From contig JBNGIO010006348.1 in assembly GCA_049999805.1 (NCBI GenBank), forward strand, positions 448,837 through 512,836: 64,000 nt of DNA, given 5' to 3'. Positions 1 through 11,548 of the stretch are shown one piece after another; position 1 is the first letter of the stretch, and every line of letters begins with the position of its first letter. Source of the DNA: Folioceros fuciformis. Taxonomy: Eukaryota. The notes beneath the pieces were generated by a model, which was given only the letters and a program-made list of their open reading frames with translations, searched no databases and was not told where the DNA came from. The position numbers and the translations under genes were made by a program.

Positions 1-313
1 GTCCTACAATTATTTTCAATTCATGAATTGTTTGATATAATTATAAATTACAAGGATATATAACAAGAATGTACAATATTTCTATATTACAAAGAAAATA
101 TGAACTAGATCTAAGATACAAAAGTTCAAAATTAAGTCTAGCTAATCTACATGTACGAGGGACTAACTCACATTAGAGTCATTCATGGAACAAGATTTGT
201 CTTATTCTACTTTCAACTATGTCTGAAACGCATTTCACATTCTTCAACAAGTATGTCATGATACATCATTAATATACAATGCATAGTAGTATTTTCCTTA
301 TGAAAGTCATTCA

Positions 314-350
314 TAACCCTAAACCCTAAATCCTAAACCCTAAACCCTAA
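314..350 (+). repeat. Short interstitial plant telomeric repeat (CCCTAAA)n
   Basis: taaccctaaaccctaaatcctaaaccctaaaccctaa, about 5 units with one mismatch, just 3' of the CEP131-like stop codon. Confidence 0.85.
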
Positions 351-370
351 TCTACAATAACTGAAACATA

Positions 371-3300
371 TTAAAGCTCAGCAACGATTGCTCTTTGCTC
401 CTCTTGCAACATAATTTCAGTTTGATGGATCTGCTTCTGAGCAATAAGAAGCTGGTGTTTCAATCCTTCTATTACAGAGTCTTTCTTGAGGATTGCTAGT
501 TTTACTCGTGCTTCTAACTCGGCAAGCTCCTCCACCTGCAAGGAAAATTAAGTTTTTCTTAATATGTTGTTGTTTGTTCACATTTCAAGATTTGTTTTAA
601 GATTTATGTTGTTGGGTTAGAGAAGGAACCTTGCGGTCTTTCATCTCTTGAACTTCAACGTTGCATTTATGGAGTTGGTGCTTGTATTCTTGCACATGAG
701 CAAGGAGAGCATCCTCTCTAGTCTTAAAGCTAACCCTTTCTTGCTCACTCTACATTTGCAAAACTTGGGTAAGGATTTATGTAATATAATTTTAGTTTTT
801 GCTGCACTGTTTTGCACGTAGGACTCACTTGTGCTTTTAGTTGGTCTATGAGGTGAGACTGCCAATTCGAATCTCTTTGCAATGAGGTGTTGTGCATTTG
901 AACTTCTGCTAATTCCTTCTCTGTGCGTAACTTTGCCTAATGTTTTTTGATGGGTTGGAACTTGGGTGATGGAAGATCAAGCATGAACTCAATGCAATGT
1001 AAGACAATTTTGGATACCTCAACAAGGTCTTTTCTAATGTTGTTGAATTGGGTTTCTTGATCTTTCAACTTTCTTAGTAGTTCTCGTTTCTCTCCTAAAA
1101 GCTCTTCTAATCGTGATGTTCTATCTTTCTTGCTTTGAGCAAGTTCAACTTCTCGTTCTTTATCCAACTTCTCTAGTACAAGTTCTATCTGTTCATCTCT
1201 CTCTTTTACACACCTACGAAGATAATAACAAAGTTTGAGTAGAAATGCTAATTTTGAGTTACATACTCAAAGTGTAACAAGTACCTAGCTTGAATTTCCT
1301 TCTCCTTCTTCTTCATCTCTTCCACTAGGAGTTGGTCGAAAGAGTCTTTCAAGCACTGAAGCTCAACGACTAAGTTGTCTCGTTCCAATATTAATTCTTG
1401 TTCCCTCTTCTGCATGGATTTCTCTACAGCCTTCTCTACATGCTCTGTGAACATCAAATCCCTTCCAACAAAACAGAGATTAACAAGCATTTTACAATGG
1501 AGTACACACTATTTAATTTAAATTAAAATGGGTATTATTCTAATCTAAACTAATCACCTTTCTGCTACCCCTTTTTGAAGCCGATTGATTAATTCATCAG
1601 CAACAAGTTTTTCTTCTCTCCTAGTTGTTTCAAGTTTTTCCAACTTTGAGGTGAGTTCATTAGCAATGTTCATTCTTTGTTGAATAGCTTGTTGTTCATA
1701 TCTGAGANNNNNNNNNNNNNNNNNNNNNNNNNNNNNNNNNNNNNNNNNNNNNNNNNNNNNNNNNNNNNNNNNNNNNNNNNNNNNNNNNNNNNNNNNNNNN
1801 NNNNNNNCAACCTTTCCTTATCAATGAAGTCATCTCTTTCCTAATGACATTGGACATTAATCACATTTTCACATGAAAAGAAAAATAATTTTAATTAATT
1901 AAGATATTATTTACTATAAGTACCCTCAATAATCGCTCTCGAAGCTGGGTGATGTTGACAAGATGTTGGTTACTTTGTTCCTCTAAATGCTTTCTATGCT
2001 CCTCATTAAGTTTAGCTTCCAGCATCCTTAGTTCATGCTTATGTTTCTAAAGGTCATATTATGATAAATGTTATCAACATTATGTGCTAACATCTTTTAA
2101 TTAAATAAATAACTTATACCATTAGTATTTTTGTAAAAATAAAAAATATTAATATAAAAAAAATCATACATCAGAAATATTTTCAAGGTGTGGTTCAAGG
2201 CCTTTGATTGTAAGCTCCTTCAACTCCTTTGTTTTCTTTTCCATCCATGCCTCTCGTTTTGCTTTCTCTCCAGCACTCCATAACTCTTTTTGCTATGATT
2301 TAAAAACAAAAAAACAAGTTCAGAAAAAAAAACAAATGTCATGATTTTATTCAAATAATAATTTTCAAACATCTATATGTAAGTACCTTGCTTAAATCTC
2401 TAAGCCATTGCTCATTCAAGACCTTCACTTTGTCTTCGAGCTGGAAATATAGCAAAACTTTTGAAGTCTTATTGATTTAATTCATTGATTAAGCATAAAT
2501 ATATTTTTTTATATTTTTTTGTAATTAATTACCTTGGAATCTGCAGCATTAACAAGCATGGTGAGATTGCAACATTTTTCGGAAAGTTTCTCCTTTTCAA
2601 CTACCATCTTCTCATTCAGGAGAAGATGGTGTTGGATTGCAGCGCTGTATTCTGCTGCTGTGGCTTCTAGCTGCTTTCCAAATTTTTCTCTCTCACTGGT
2701 TGGGCACTGGATATAATCAAATTCAACATGCTGTTGAAAATTCAGAAGCATAGAAATGGACTTCCTCTTGATTAGTGTAACATGGCTTACTTCTGAATCA
2801 CATTCTCTCTGTCCACGATAACTTTTTGCTTTTCAGCTTCTAGTTGCACGATGTGTGATTCTTGTGCAAGAACTTTTTCTTTCAGCTCTTGCATTTTCTT
2901 TCGAACTCCATCCAAAACTGTAACAGGGGTAGGCAATGCACTAATATGTTGGGTGACTTGAAAGGCTCCTTGGGAGCAACCTTCGCTTCTGTATGTTAAG
3001 GGAGGTGATGCAGAAACCAGTGAAGAGGCAGCCAGAGACAGAGCATCTTCGTGATCAAGCACAGTTCGTGGAGATGACTCTCCATATACATTTTCATATA
3101 TTTTCGGAATCATTATAGCATTTCCTTCCTGAAAGTGTGCCTTTGTTTCAATGTAACTTGAAATACACATAGCATCAATGCATTTGCAAGGAAGATGAAA
3201 ATCATGTACCCGTCGATTAGATTCCTCAACTTGCCCTAAGTAAGACAAAATGCTTGATAACTTTTCTGCTGAAAGGGATGTCCGATCAGTTAAAAGATTT

Positions 3301-6300
3301 TGTGGAGATGAATCTATGTTTGTTGAGTCATTAGTAGGATTATTGAGGTATGAAGGAAGCACCTGCACATACAATTTTATATAGATAGATATAAGCATAC
3401 TACAAGGGCTTTTAAGTTGTTCATGCAAGCAAGACACTTACCATTGCAGAAGTTGTTTGTGGGTTGGGATCCTCTTTAGGAGTTGTGAAAGGCACAATAC
3501 TCATTGTGTGTTCTGGATTGCAATTGATTGCTAGTTCTTCAGTGGGTTGGACTTGTGTACTTATTTTCTCACATTGGGTCTCTGTTGTTAGCTCCAAAGA
3601 GTTTTTTGGGGCAATTGTAGCATCTTGCACTGTTTTTTCATCCTTCGTATTAGTGTACTTATTTTTGAGATCCTTGATCAATGCATTATAGTCAGGTTTG
3701 GGCAATGATCTATCTTTTGTAGGTGATTTGTTTTGAGTCGGAGTTGTTGCATTTTGTGAGTCACAAGTTCTAGGCCTATCTTCTAGACACGGGAAGGAAC
3801 ATTCCACAAAAGCTGTCAATACTTGTATGGTTTCTTCTTCCCTATGATTCTCATTGCATTGAAAGTGTGTTGTGGATATGTGGTCCATTTGCACAATGCT
3901 ACTATCATTTTGGGTTAATGTGTTGGACGATTTTGAAGAATCAACTTCAATGTTAGCAACTACATTCTCTTGCTCATCTTGAATTTCCAATTGTTGTTGG
4001 TCTAAGACAAATGGTTGATTGAAGTGAACATTTGAGGCATTTGCTTGTTGCTTTGCTGCTCGCTTAGACACATCTTTTAGAACAGCTTTCTTCAAACTTT
4101 GTAGTCGATCCATCCTACTTCCAGGGACAAGTTTTACATACTGTTCAGAATATTTTGATGAGGGTTCTACATTAATGTAAGACAATTGTGATATATGATT
4201 GACATCATGATGCTTTTTTGCAACAACGTTATTAGCTGGATTATCGTAGAGACATGAGGCTGACCAAGGTCTATATGTCTCTTTAGAGCTCATTTCAATC
4301 CTTTCGATTGATTCGACCTTGCTTTCACTGTGGTAAGGCAGTATGCTATCTAGTTCGGTATTCCTATCATCTCCAGGCATTCCACCTTCGCCATGTGTGC
4401 TTTGGCTTATATCCATAGATGTAAACAAACAACCATTAGCTAGAGGTGATTCTTCGATCTCAATCTTTTCCAAGTTCAAGGGTCTACACCCATCAAACTC
4501 TTGCCTTATACTTTCCAAGCTTTGATGTAACAAGTGCCTTCTAGTGTAACCTGTGATGTTCTCTGGTTGCTTAAAAGAGGTGGGCCTTATGACGTTTGAA
4601 AGATAATTGTCATCCTCTTTCTGGAAATCATGCAACAACTTTTCCCCTAGTTCATAGTTTTTGTTATCCCATGGAACAAGAGCTTTGTCTTTCGAGTTGA
4701 TGGAGAGTCTTGGATTAAACATGTCACAATTATCAATTGAATCCATAGGTGATGCTATTTGTGTTGCTATAGTTTCCTGAATGCTTGATTTCTCATAGTT
4801 TCCTCCTTCCGTAATGAATGGATCTTCTTGACCCAACTTCCTCATGTTATGCTTTAGTGTGTCTTTATTCTTTTGATCAATACTTTGAAAGATTATGTTA
4901 TCCCTTATTGAAGCCTTTTCTCCATTTCTAGAAGAGAACAATAAAAGCTCATTAGGATTCAACTTGTCTTGCTGCTCTTCATCATCAGATGGACAACTTG
5001 CAACAATATTTTCTTTCATAATAACTCTTAAATTTATATTTTCCTCTTTCAAAGGTTGATTTGATGCAGAATATGATTTTGAAGGTGATTTTGTTTTTGT
5101 CGTGCTGCTAGCTTTCTTCATGTCAACCTTCTTTACATTCATGCACAAATCAATGGAGTCTGCTCTAGGCATAGTTGCAGAGCTTTTTCCTTTTTGAGTA
5201 TACCCCTTTACAATGGCATGACGATGTGTGATTTCCATCTTACCATGAGCATGTTGTGTTGGTTTTTGGAACTGGACTGTCTTTTGATTCCTTCTTTCAT
5301 TGCTTTTGATGCTCTCTATTTCGACAAGATTGTCATTTTGAGTATAGTTGTCCACTTCCTTCACTGTTGTTTTTTGAAGAGAGCTACATTTTGGCTCTAT
5401 TGTTTTCGAAGAATGAATCTTTGTTGCATGCAACACATCATCCATGTTATGTGCTGTCGCAGAAGGGTCCTTTCCTGCTAAATCCCAAATCTCTCGACTA
5501 ATGGTATCTCTGATACCAACGTCCAACCCATGCCGTTGGTAATGTTCGTCTTTACTTCGATAACTTCCTGAGGAGTTAGAGCATGAAGCTACAGAACACT
5601 CATCATACTCTATAGGAAAGGTCGAAGGAGAGCTTTCGACAGAAATCTACATGCATTTTATGGCAAACTTAGTCAAGATATCAAAGGAATTAGCAACATT
5701 GTATTGAGGAACTTGATGATCAACCATAACACTTACTTCATAACCATTTGTCTCTTGAGACTTCTGAGATCGTGGAGGGCGTTTTGCATTATGTCTCATC
5801 GACTTTCTCATATCTTTATTGTGTTTGTCAAGAGTTGGAACATGTACTAGAGCAATGCCTGCTTCTAGTAACCCATGTCTATTACCTTGAAATATGCTCC
5901 TTGTTTTCTCAATTTTCCTTTTTGGGTGAATGCTTTTCACATAAGCTGCACAAGTTTCTTGGGTGTCCTCTTGTGATGAGATTCCTTCCTCCTCAAGTGA
6001 TTTAGAAGAAAACTGTGGAGAACCCTTTTTAGTCTTCTTTTGAGCTAACATCTTGGTCTTTCCAATGAACGGTGAGATCTTTGGAGAAGACTTAGGCAAG
6101 GGTGGTGTTTCTGAAGTAATCTCACAGTCTGCAAAAGAGGAATGCAATTGTGGCTAAGAAGCACAACCAATGAACTTCACAATTTGCAAGACACTTCATT
6201 AAATGTACTGAACCAAAACATAAGAAGTCTACAAAACAACCACTCCTCTTTTGAGCACCATGGTGCACAAAATAAGGTACAATCCAAGATTTGTGTTCTT

Positions 6301-6501
6301 TGAGTAACACTTATACATCAAAGCACTTCAGGTGTATGAAGGTGTACCATTCCAATCAATGTCATCATCGAATCTATCTATTGTCACAAATTGAGAAGAG
6401 AAATTATCCTCATCTAGACCAAACTGCCTTTTTCCATAAACTTCTCCACCTCCCCATTCTTTGTATTCCATGTGCTCTATTCCATTATGCATTGCTACCA
6501 T
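371..6501 (-). CDS. CEP131: CEP131/AZI1-like centriolar coiled-coil protein, multi-exon, with a long low-complexity N-terminal region
   Basis: Exons translate to QKELWSAGEKAKREAWMEKKTKELKELTIKGLEPHLENI and KHKHELRMLEAKLNEE, and end in VEELAELEARVKLAILKKDSVIEGLK...AEL* (TAA at 371-373). These resemble the CEP131 C-terminal half. GT-AG introns are visible (e.g. 5647-5736, 6129-6347). The ATG at 6501 is tentative, and there is an N gap at 1708-1807. Confidence 0.75.
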
Positions 6502-7350
6502 TATAGTAATGCAAGATCAATTGTGGAAGAACAAATTGCATTCATCAAACATCTTCCGTTTGATTAAGGATTGGAGCCACAAACTCTATGATTGAGTGCA
6601 AAAGGTCCATAGTTTCACACAATCCAACATGAGATATAAATCATTGTCACCATGAAATGTTCAATGCACCTACAAGCAGTTAAGAACCATGTGTACTACT
6701 CTCCACAAATCTTTCTTTCAATCCAATTGCTTATACAAGTAGGTCATTAACACTACATCCTCCTCCCTCTAAACCCAATTGGTTGTTCTAGTTGATCCCA
6801 CAAAGTGTATGAAGATCTATTGTTTTGAATATAAGTGAGAAAAAACTTAATTAATGTGGTATGAATACTAGATCCTCAATCTGAAATGCTCCAAACTGGA
6901 TCCTTGAGCTTTTTGCATCAATTACAAGACCAGAAGTTTGCAAGAGATGGCAGACTTGAGTAAAAGACATGGAGAATGCTTGTGGAGTAGTAAGCGTTGG
7001 GAGTAGGAGAGTGTCAGTCTTCGACGAGATGCCGAAGAAGTTGGAGGTTGTGAACATGTAAAATGTAACCTAACGGATTTTGAATGGTGTTGTCCGTTTC
7101 CTTTTGGCTTTTACGGGAAAGTTTCAGCCGACAACTATTCTCACGCCAAACGTGTTACAGACCAGTCCAACTGCAGCCGCCGCAAGTTGGGTGGGAATCT
7201 GGTGGAATGTGTGCCTGGATTATGATGGAGACCGACGCCCATCCAAGTCCCTTCTCGTCAGGAGCCTGGCGAGTGGGACTGCTGGAATTGCACTGTGGGC
7301 TGGCGGTGATGGCGGTGTTGGTTCGCGAATGAGCCTCGGTGTGCCGAGCT

Positions 7351-10300
7351 ATGGCTGCTGCTCTGCTCCTCCCTCTCCTGCGAGCTCGCCTTGCTCGCTC
7401 CCTGCTGTGTGGCGCGGAAGCCGCCATTGGGCGTTGCAGTGTTTTCGCGAGAGATCTGAGCTCCGGGGCCGGCGTGCTGGAGGAGAGGAAGGAGGAGGCT
7501 GATGCTGTCGTTCAGGAGCTCGAGGGAATGGATCTCTCGTTTCCGACCTACATTGTCTGGGGAGCGAATACGGACGTCGGCAAGACTCTGGTGTCTGCCG
7601 GCCTGGCCGGATCGATTCTCGGACGGGAAGTGGAAGACGCGAGCGAGAGGGAGGGGGAGCGAAGGCGGGGCAGGGATGTGCTGTACTTGAAGCCTGTGCA
7701 GACAGGATTTCCGCACGACTCGGATGCCAGGTTTGTGTTTGAGCAGGTGTGCAGGAGAGCGCAGAGTCGAGGGGAGGGAGTCGTCTTGAGTAACCGCACT
7801 CTGGAGGTTTCTCCTGCTGTGCACGCGGCTATGAAGGAGTTTGGAGGCGAGTCGTTGAGGGTGCGGGAGCCGGGACTGGTGCGGAGCCAAGGTATGGTGG
7901 AGCTGTGCAGATACGAGGAGCAAGTGGTAGGGTTTGACAAAGAGATGGAGGCTGGTTCAGGTGCCGCGTCTCGCTTATCGTGCGAGACTGTGTGGTCGTG
8001 GTATGATCCTGTTTCGCCTCACCTTGCCGCTGCGAAGGAGGAGACCATGGTGTCGGATTCGGCTGTAGTTCAGACGGTGAAGAGGTTTCTTTGGAAGATG
8101 GGTGGTGGGAGTGATGCATTGAGGAAGAAGTGGGTCATTGTTGAGACTGCCGGTGGCATTGCCAGTCCGGCTCCCTCTGGAACGTTGCAATGCGACCTGT
8201 ACAGGTAGTGCGGATGGGTTTGGTGGACTGTTGGTGAATGACTGACTGATCTTCACGCGCGGTGGTACTCACTCCCGTTTCTGCAAAACCTGTGTCTACA
8301 GACCACTCAGGTTGCCAAGTTTGCTGGTGGGGGATGGGAAGCTGGGGGGCATTTCCACCACGATTGCTGCTTATGAGAGCCTTCAGCTGCGGGGGTATGA
8401 CACTGACGCTGTGGTACTCGTAGATTCTGGTCTGGGCAATGAGGAGGCCTTGCGAAAGTGTTTGCCAAGCAGGTACCACTATCGTGCAGAGTTTAGTGTT
8501 TGTAATTTCTGGTCTTCTGATCTGGTAGTCAGGGATCGTCTGATTACGCCATCGCATCTTGTTTTTCTTTCGTCTATCAGGGTTCCCATACTTTGTCTTC
8601 CTCCCGTTCCTGCAAAGTCTGTCAGGGATCTGGCAGACTGGTATGCAAGATCCGGGTCAGTGTTTGCTCAGCTCCGGAATGTACTGGAAGAGGCTCATCT
8701 GCATCGGCTCAACAGGTTGCGAGCCATGCCTGCGAAGGCTATGCGGTCCTTGTGGTGGCCTTTCACTCAGCACTCACTTGTGAGCGAAGAGGATGTTACA
8801 GTAATTGACTCGCGGTGTGGAGGGCATTTCAGTGTGTTTAAGGTTCGTTTGAGCCCATAGCAGCTTCCTCTCCTTCATTACGACGACATCAGGGCATGTA
8901 GTTTACCGACAGTCCTACGTGTCCAGATCGATACGGCATCGAACAGGCCTGAGATAAGGAAACAGTTTGATGGCTGTGCAAGCTGGTGGACACAAGGACC
9001 CAATGCGGAATTGCAGGTACTGTCTTCAAATGATTTCCGTGCAGATTATAGTCTGTCATTAACGTTGCGTATTATTTGTGACCGGAACTCACCTCTTTCC
9101 GCCAGTTGGAATTTGCAAGAGAAATGGCATATGCTGCTGGGCGGTACGGGCATGTGATGTTCCCTGAGAATGTGTACGAACCGTCTCTACGTTGCACAGA
9201 GCTACTTCTTAGTGGTCCCGGGAGAGGTAGGATACATCATCCTCGATAAAGTGTACGTGGTTGTTTAGGAATCTTTTCCGTGAAGGCTTCGATTGTACTG
9301 TTCGTTTCCATGACAGGCTGGGCAGATCGCGTGTATTTCTCCGATAATGGATCCACCGCAATCGAGATAGCCATAAAAATGGCTTTCCGAAAGTTTGCCG
9401 CTGATCATGGATATGTTGCCTTACATGAAAGCGGGGAGCTGTCATCAGAGCACGGCCTGCAGTTCAAGGTTAGAATGATGCGTATGTACCATTTCTTCCC
9501 TGGAATTGGAGCGTGATGCGAAGGCTTCCCTGACTGAATGACTCGATACAGGTTCTAGCCCTGAAGGGTTCTTATCATGGCGATACCCTGGGCGCTATGG
9601 AAGCCCAAGCGCCATCGGCCTACACTGGATTTCTCCAACAGCCATGGTGTGCTATGCTCTTCGCAAATGAAATGGTTTTGTGTTTAACAGGTGCGGCTGC
9701 CTCAGTGTCTCAGAATGCATCGTGACAGGTACTCAGGGCGGGGTTTGTTCTTGGATCCGCCGACCATGTCTCTTCAGGCTGGCCGTCATTGGCTCTTGCA
9801 CCTGCCGGAAGCTTACCGCAAGCTGGATCCAGGTATGTTTTTAGTCAATAATAGTGCAGTGACTATACTTTCTGCAATCATTGTTGTACTCTTTGGTTGC
9901 TAGCTGGAGTTGCTGAACGGTCTGGTTTGTATAAACTGTACAGTGTCACTGGTTTGGAATAGAAGAGAGGACATTTTCGCAAAGTGCAGGGACAACACGA
10001 CTTTGGCTGAAGTGTATAGTGCCGTTATGGATCAAACGCTTTTGCAGACTGTATCAGAGCACGGTACAATAAAGATAGCTGCGTTGATAATGGAACCTGG
10101 TGAGGCGTTGCTCTCCTGCTCAAACTTCCGCTTCCTTAAGGTTTATGCTCTCCATGGTACATTAGGTGTTTAATGCGACTTTGTAAACTCTTCAGTGGTA
10201 CATGGAGCTGGAGGCATGCATATGCTGGACCCTTTATTCCAGCGAGTTCTAGTGCGGAAGTGCAGGCAACATGGCATTCCTGTTATTTTTGACGAAGTGT

Positions 10301-11305
10301 TCGCCGGGTGCTGGAGACTCGGCACAGAGGTATAAGCACGGATCCATGTGCGCTTGAGGGTCTTGAAAACCCTTCTGTTGTTGTTCTTGTGCGTGGGATT
10401 GGATCTGTACCTTCGATGAGGCCGCACTGACGTAAATTAGCGCTTGGTTGCAGTCTGCGGCGGAGCTCCTCCACATCACTCCCGATATTGCGTGTTATGC
10501 AAAGCTTCTCACAGGTGGAATGGTGCCGATGGCAACCACTCTCGCTTCCGAGGCTGTGTACAACGTGTTTAGAAGCCAGTCGAAGGTGGGCCTGCACACG
10601 CCATTGGGGCCCATGTGTTCGAGCTCATATTCATTATGTGTTGCTCTGACGCTTACTTCCTCATCTTATCAGCTGAATGCTCTGTTGCACGGTCACTCCT
10701 ACTCCGCAAATCCCCTCGGTTGCATGGCGGCAGTGACAGCCCTCAAAAGTTTTGCTGACCCTGCAAAGAACCCTAACCTCCTGGCTAATCCACGAAGACT
10801 ACAAGAGGTAAGCATAATTTTGTGAGAGTGACGAATGTATTTTCCTGCAACCTTCTAGATGGCTTGTCTTACACGGTTGGCTTGCAGTTGTGGAACCCTC
10901 AGTTGGTGAATGCTATATCACGACATCAACGAGTCGAGCGAGTTGTGCATATTGGTACCCTGTTTGCCCTGGAGCTGAGGTCGAGCCCATCAAAGTCTGG
11001 GTAAGTACTATGACTCTTTCTTAGAGCGCGCCACAAATTGAAACAGTGAAACTGGTTTCCCGGAGCTTGAAAGGAAACCTTCTTTCCAGATGTTTAACAC
11101 CTCTCAGTCGCAAAACTGCAGGTATGCTTCGATGCAAGCCAGATGGCTTCTGCGAGGACTCATGGAGAACGGAGTTCACGCACGTCCGCTGGGCAACGTG
11201 GTCTATCTGCTTGTCGGACCCACGACCGAACCTGACACCTGCTCGCATTTGCTGGAAACTCTGCTCGCTCAGCTTAGCGTAGAGCAGAATGAAGCAGAGG
11301 TGTAG
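7351..11305 (+). CDS. BIO3-BIO1: Bifunctional dethiobiotin synthetase / 7,8-diaminopelargonic acid aminotransferase (mitochondrial)
   Basis: DTBS motifs: WGANTDVGKT P-loop, YLKPVQTG, VETAGG. Class-III aminotransferase motifs: WWPFTQH, DGCASWWT, FSDNGSTAIE, IFDEVF, CYAKLLTGG, HGHSY, RPLGNVVY. Arg/Leu/Ala-rich N-terminus resembles a transit peptide. Many short introns. Confidence 0.96.
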
Positions 11306-11548
11306 CTTCACGGGTGGTTGTTTGAGGTTGGTTCCCGGCACAGGCTTGTCGATTTTGCCAAATCTCTGATGTTGAAATATTACAAGCGACCCATGTGGGT
11401 CAGTGATACAATGAAGGAAAACAATATACCATGTTATGAGGAAACAAGGTGTGCACAACTTGCGGTGCCCCAAAAATGACCTAGTCAATCTACCATCATT
11501 CAGGGTTAGGCTTTGAATGGTTAAGAAACAATGACATAGAAATGGTAC

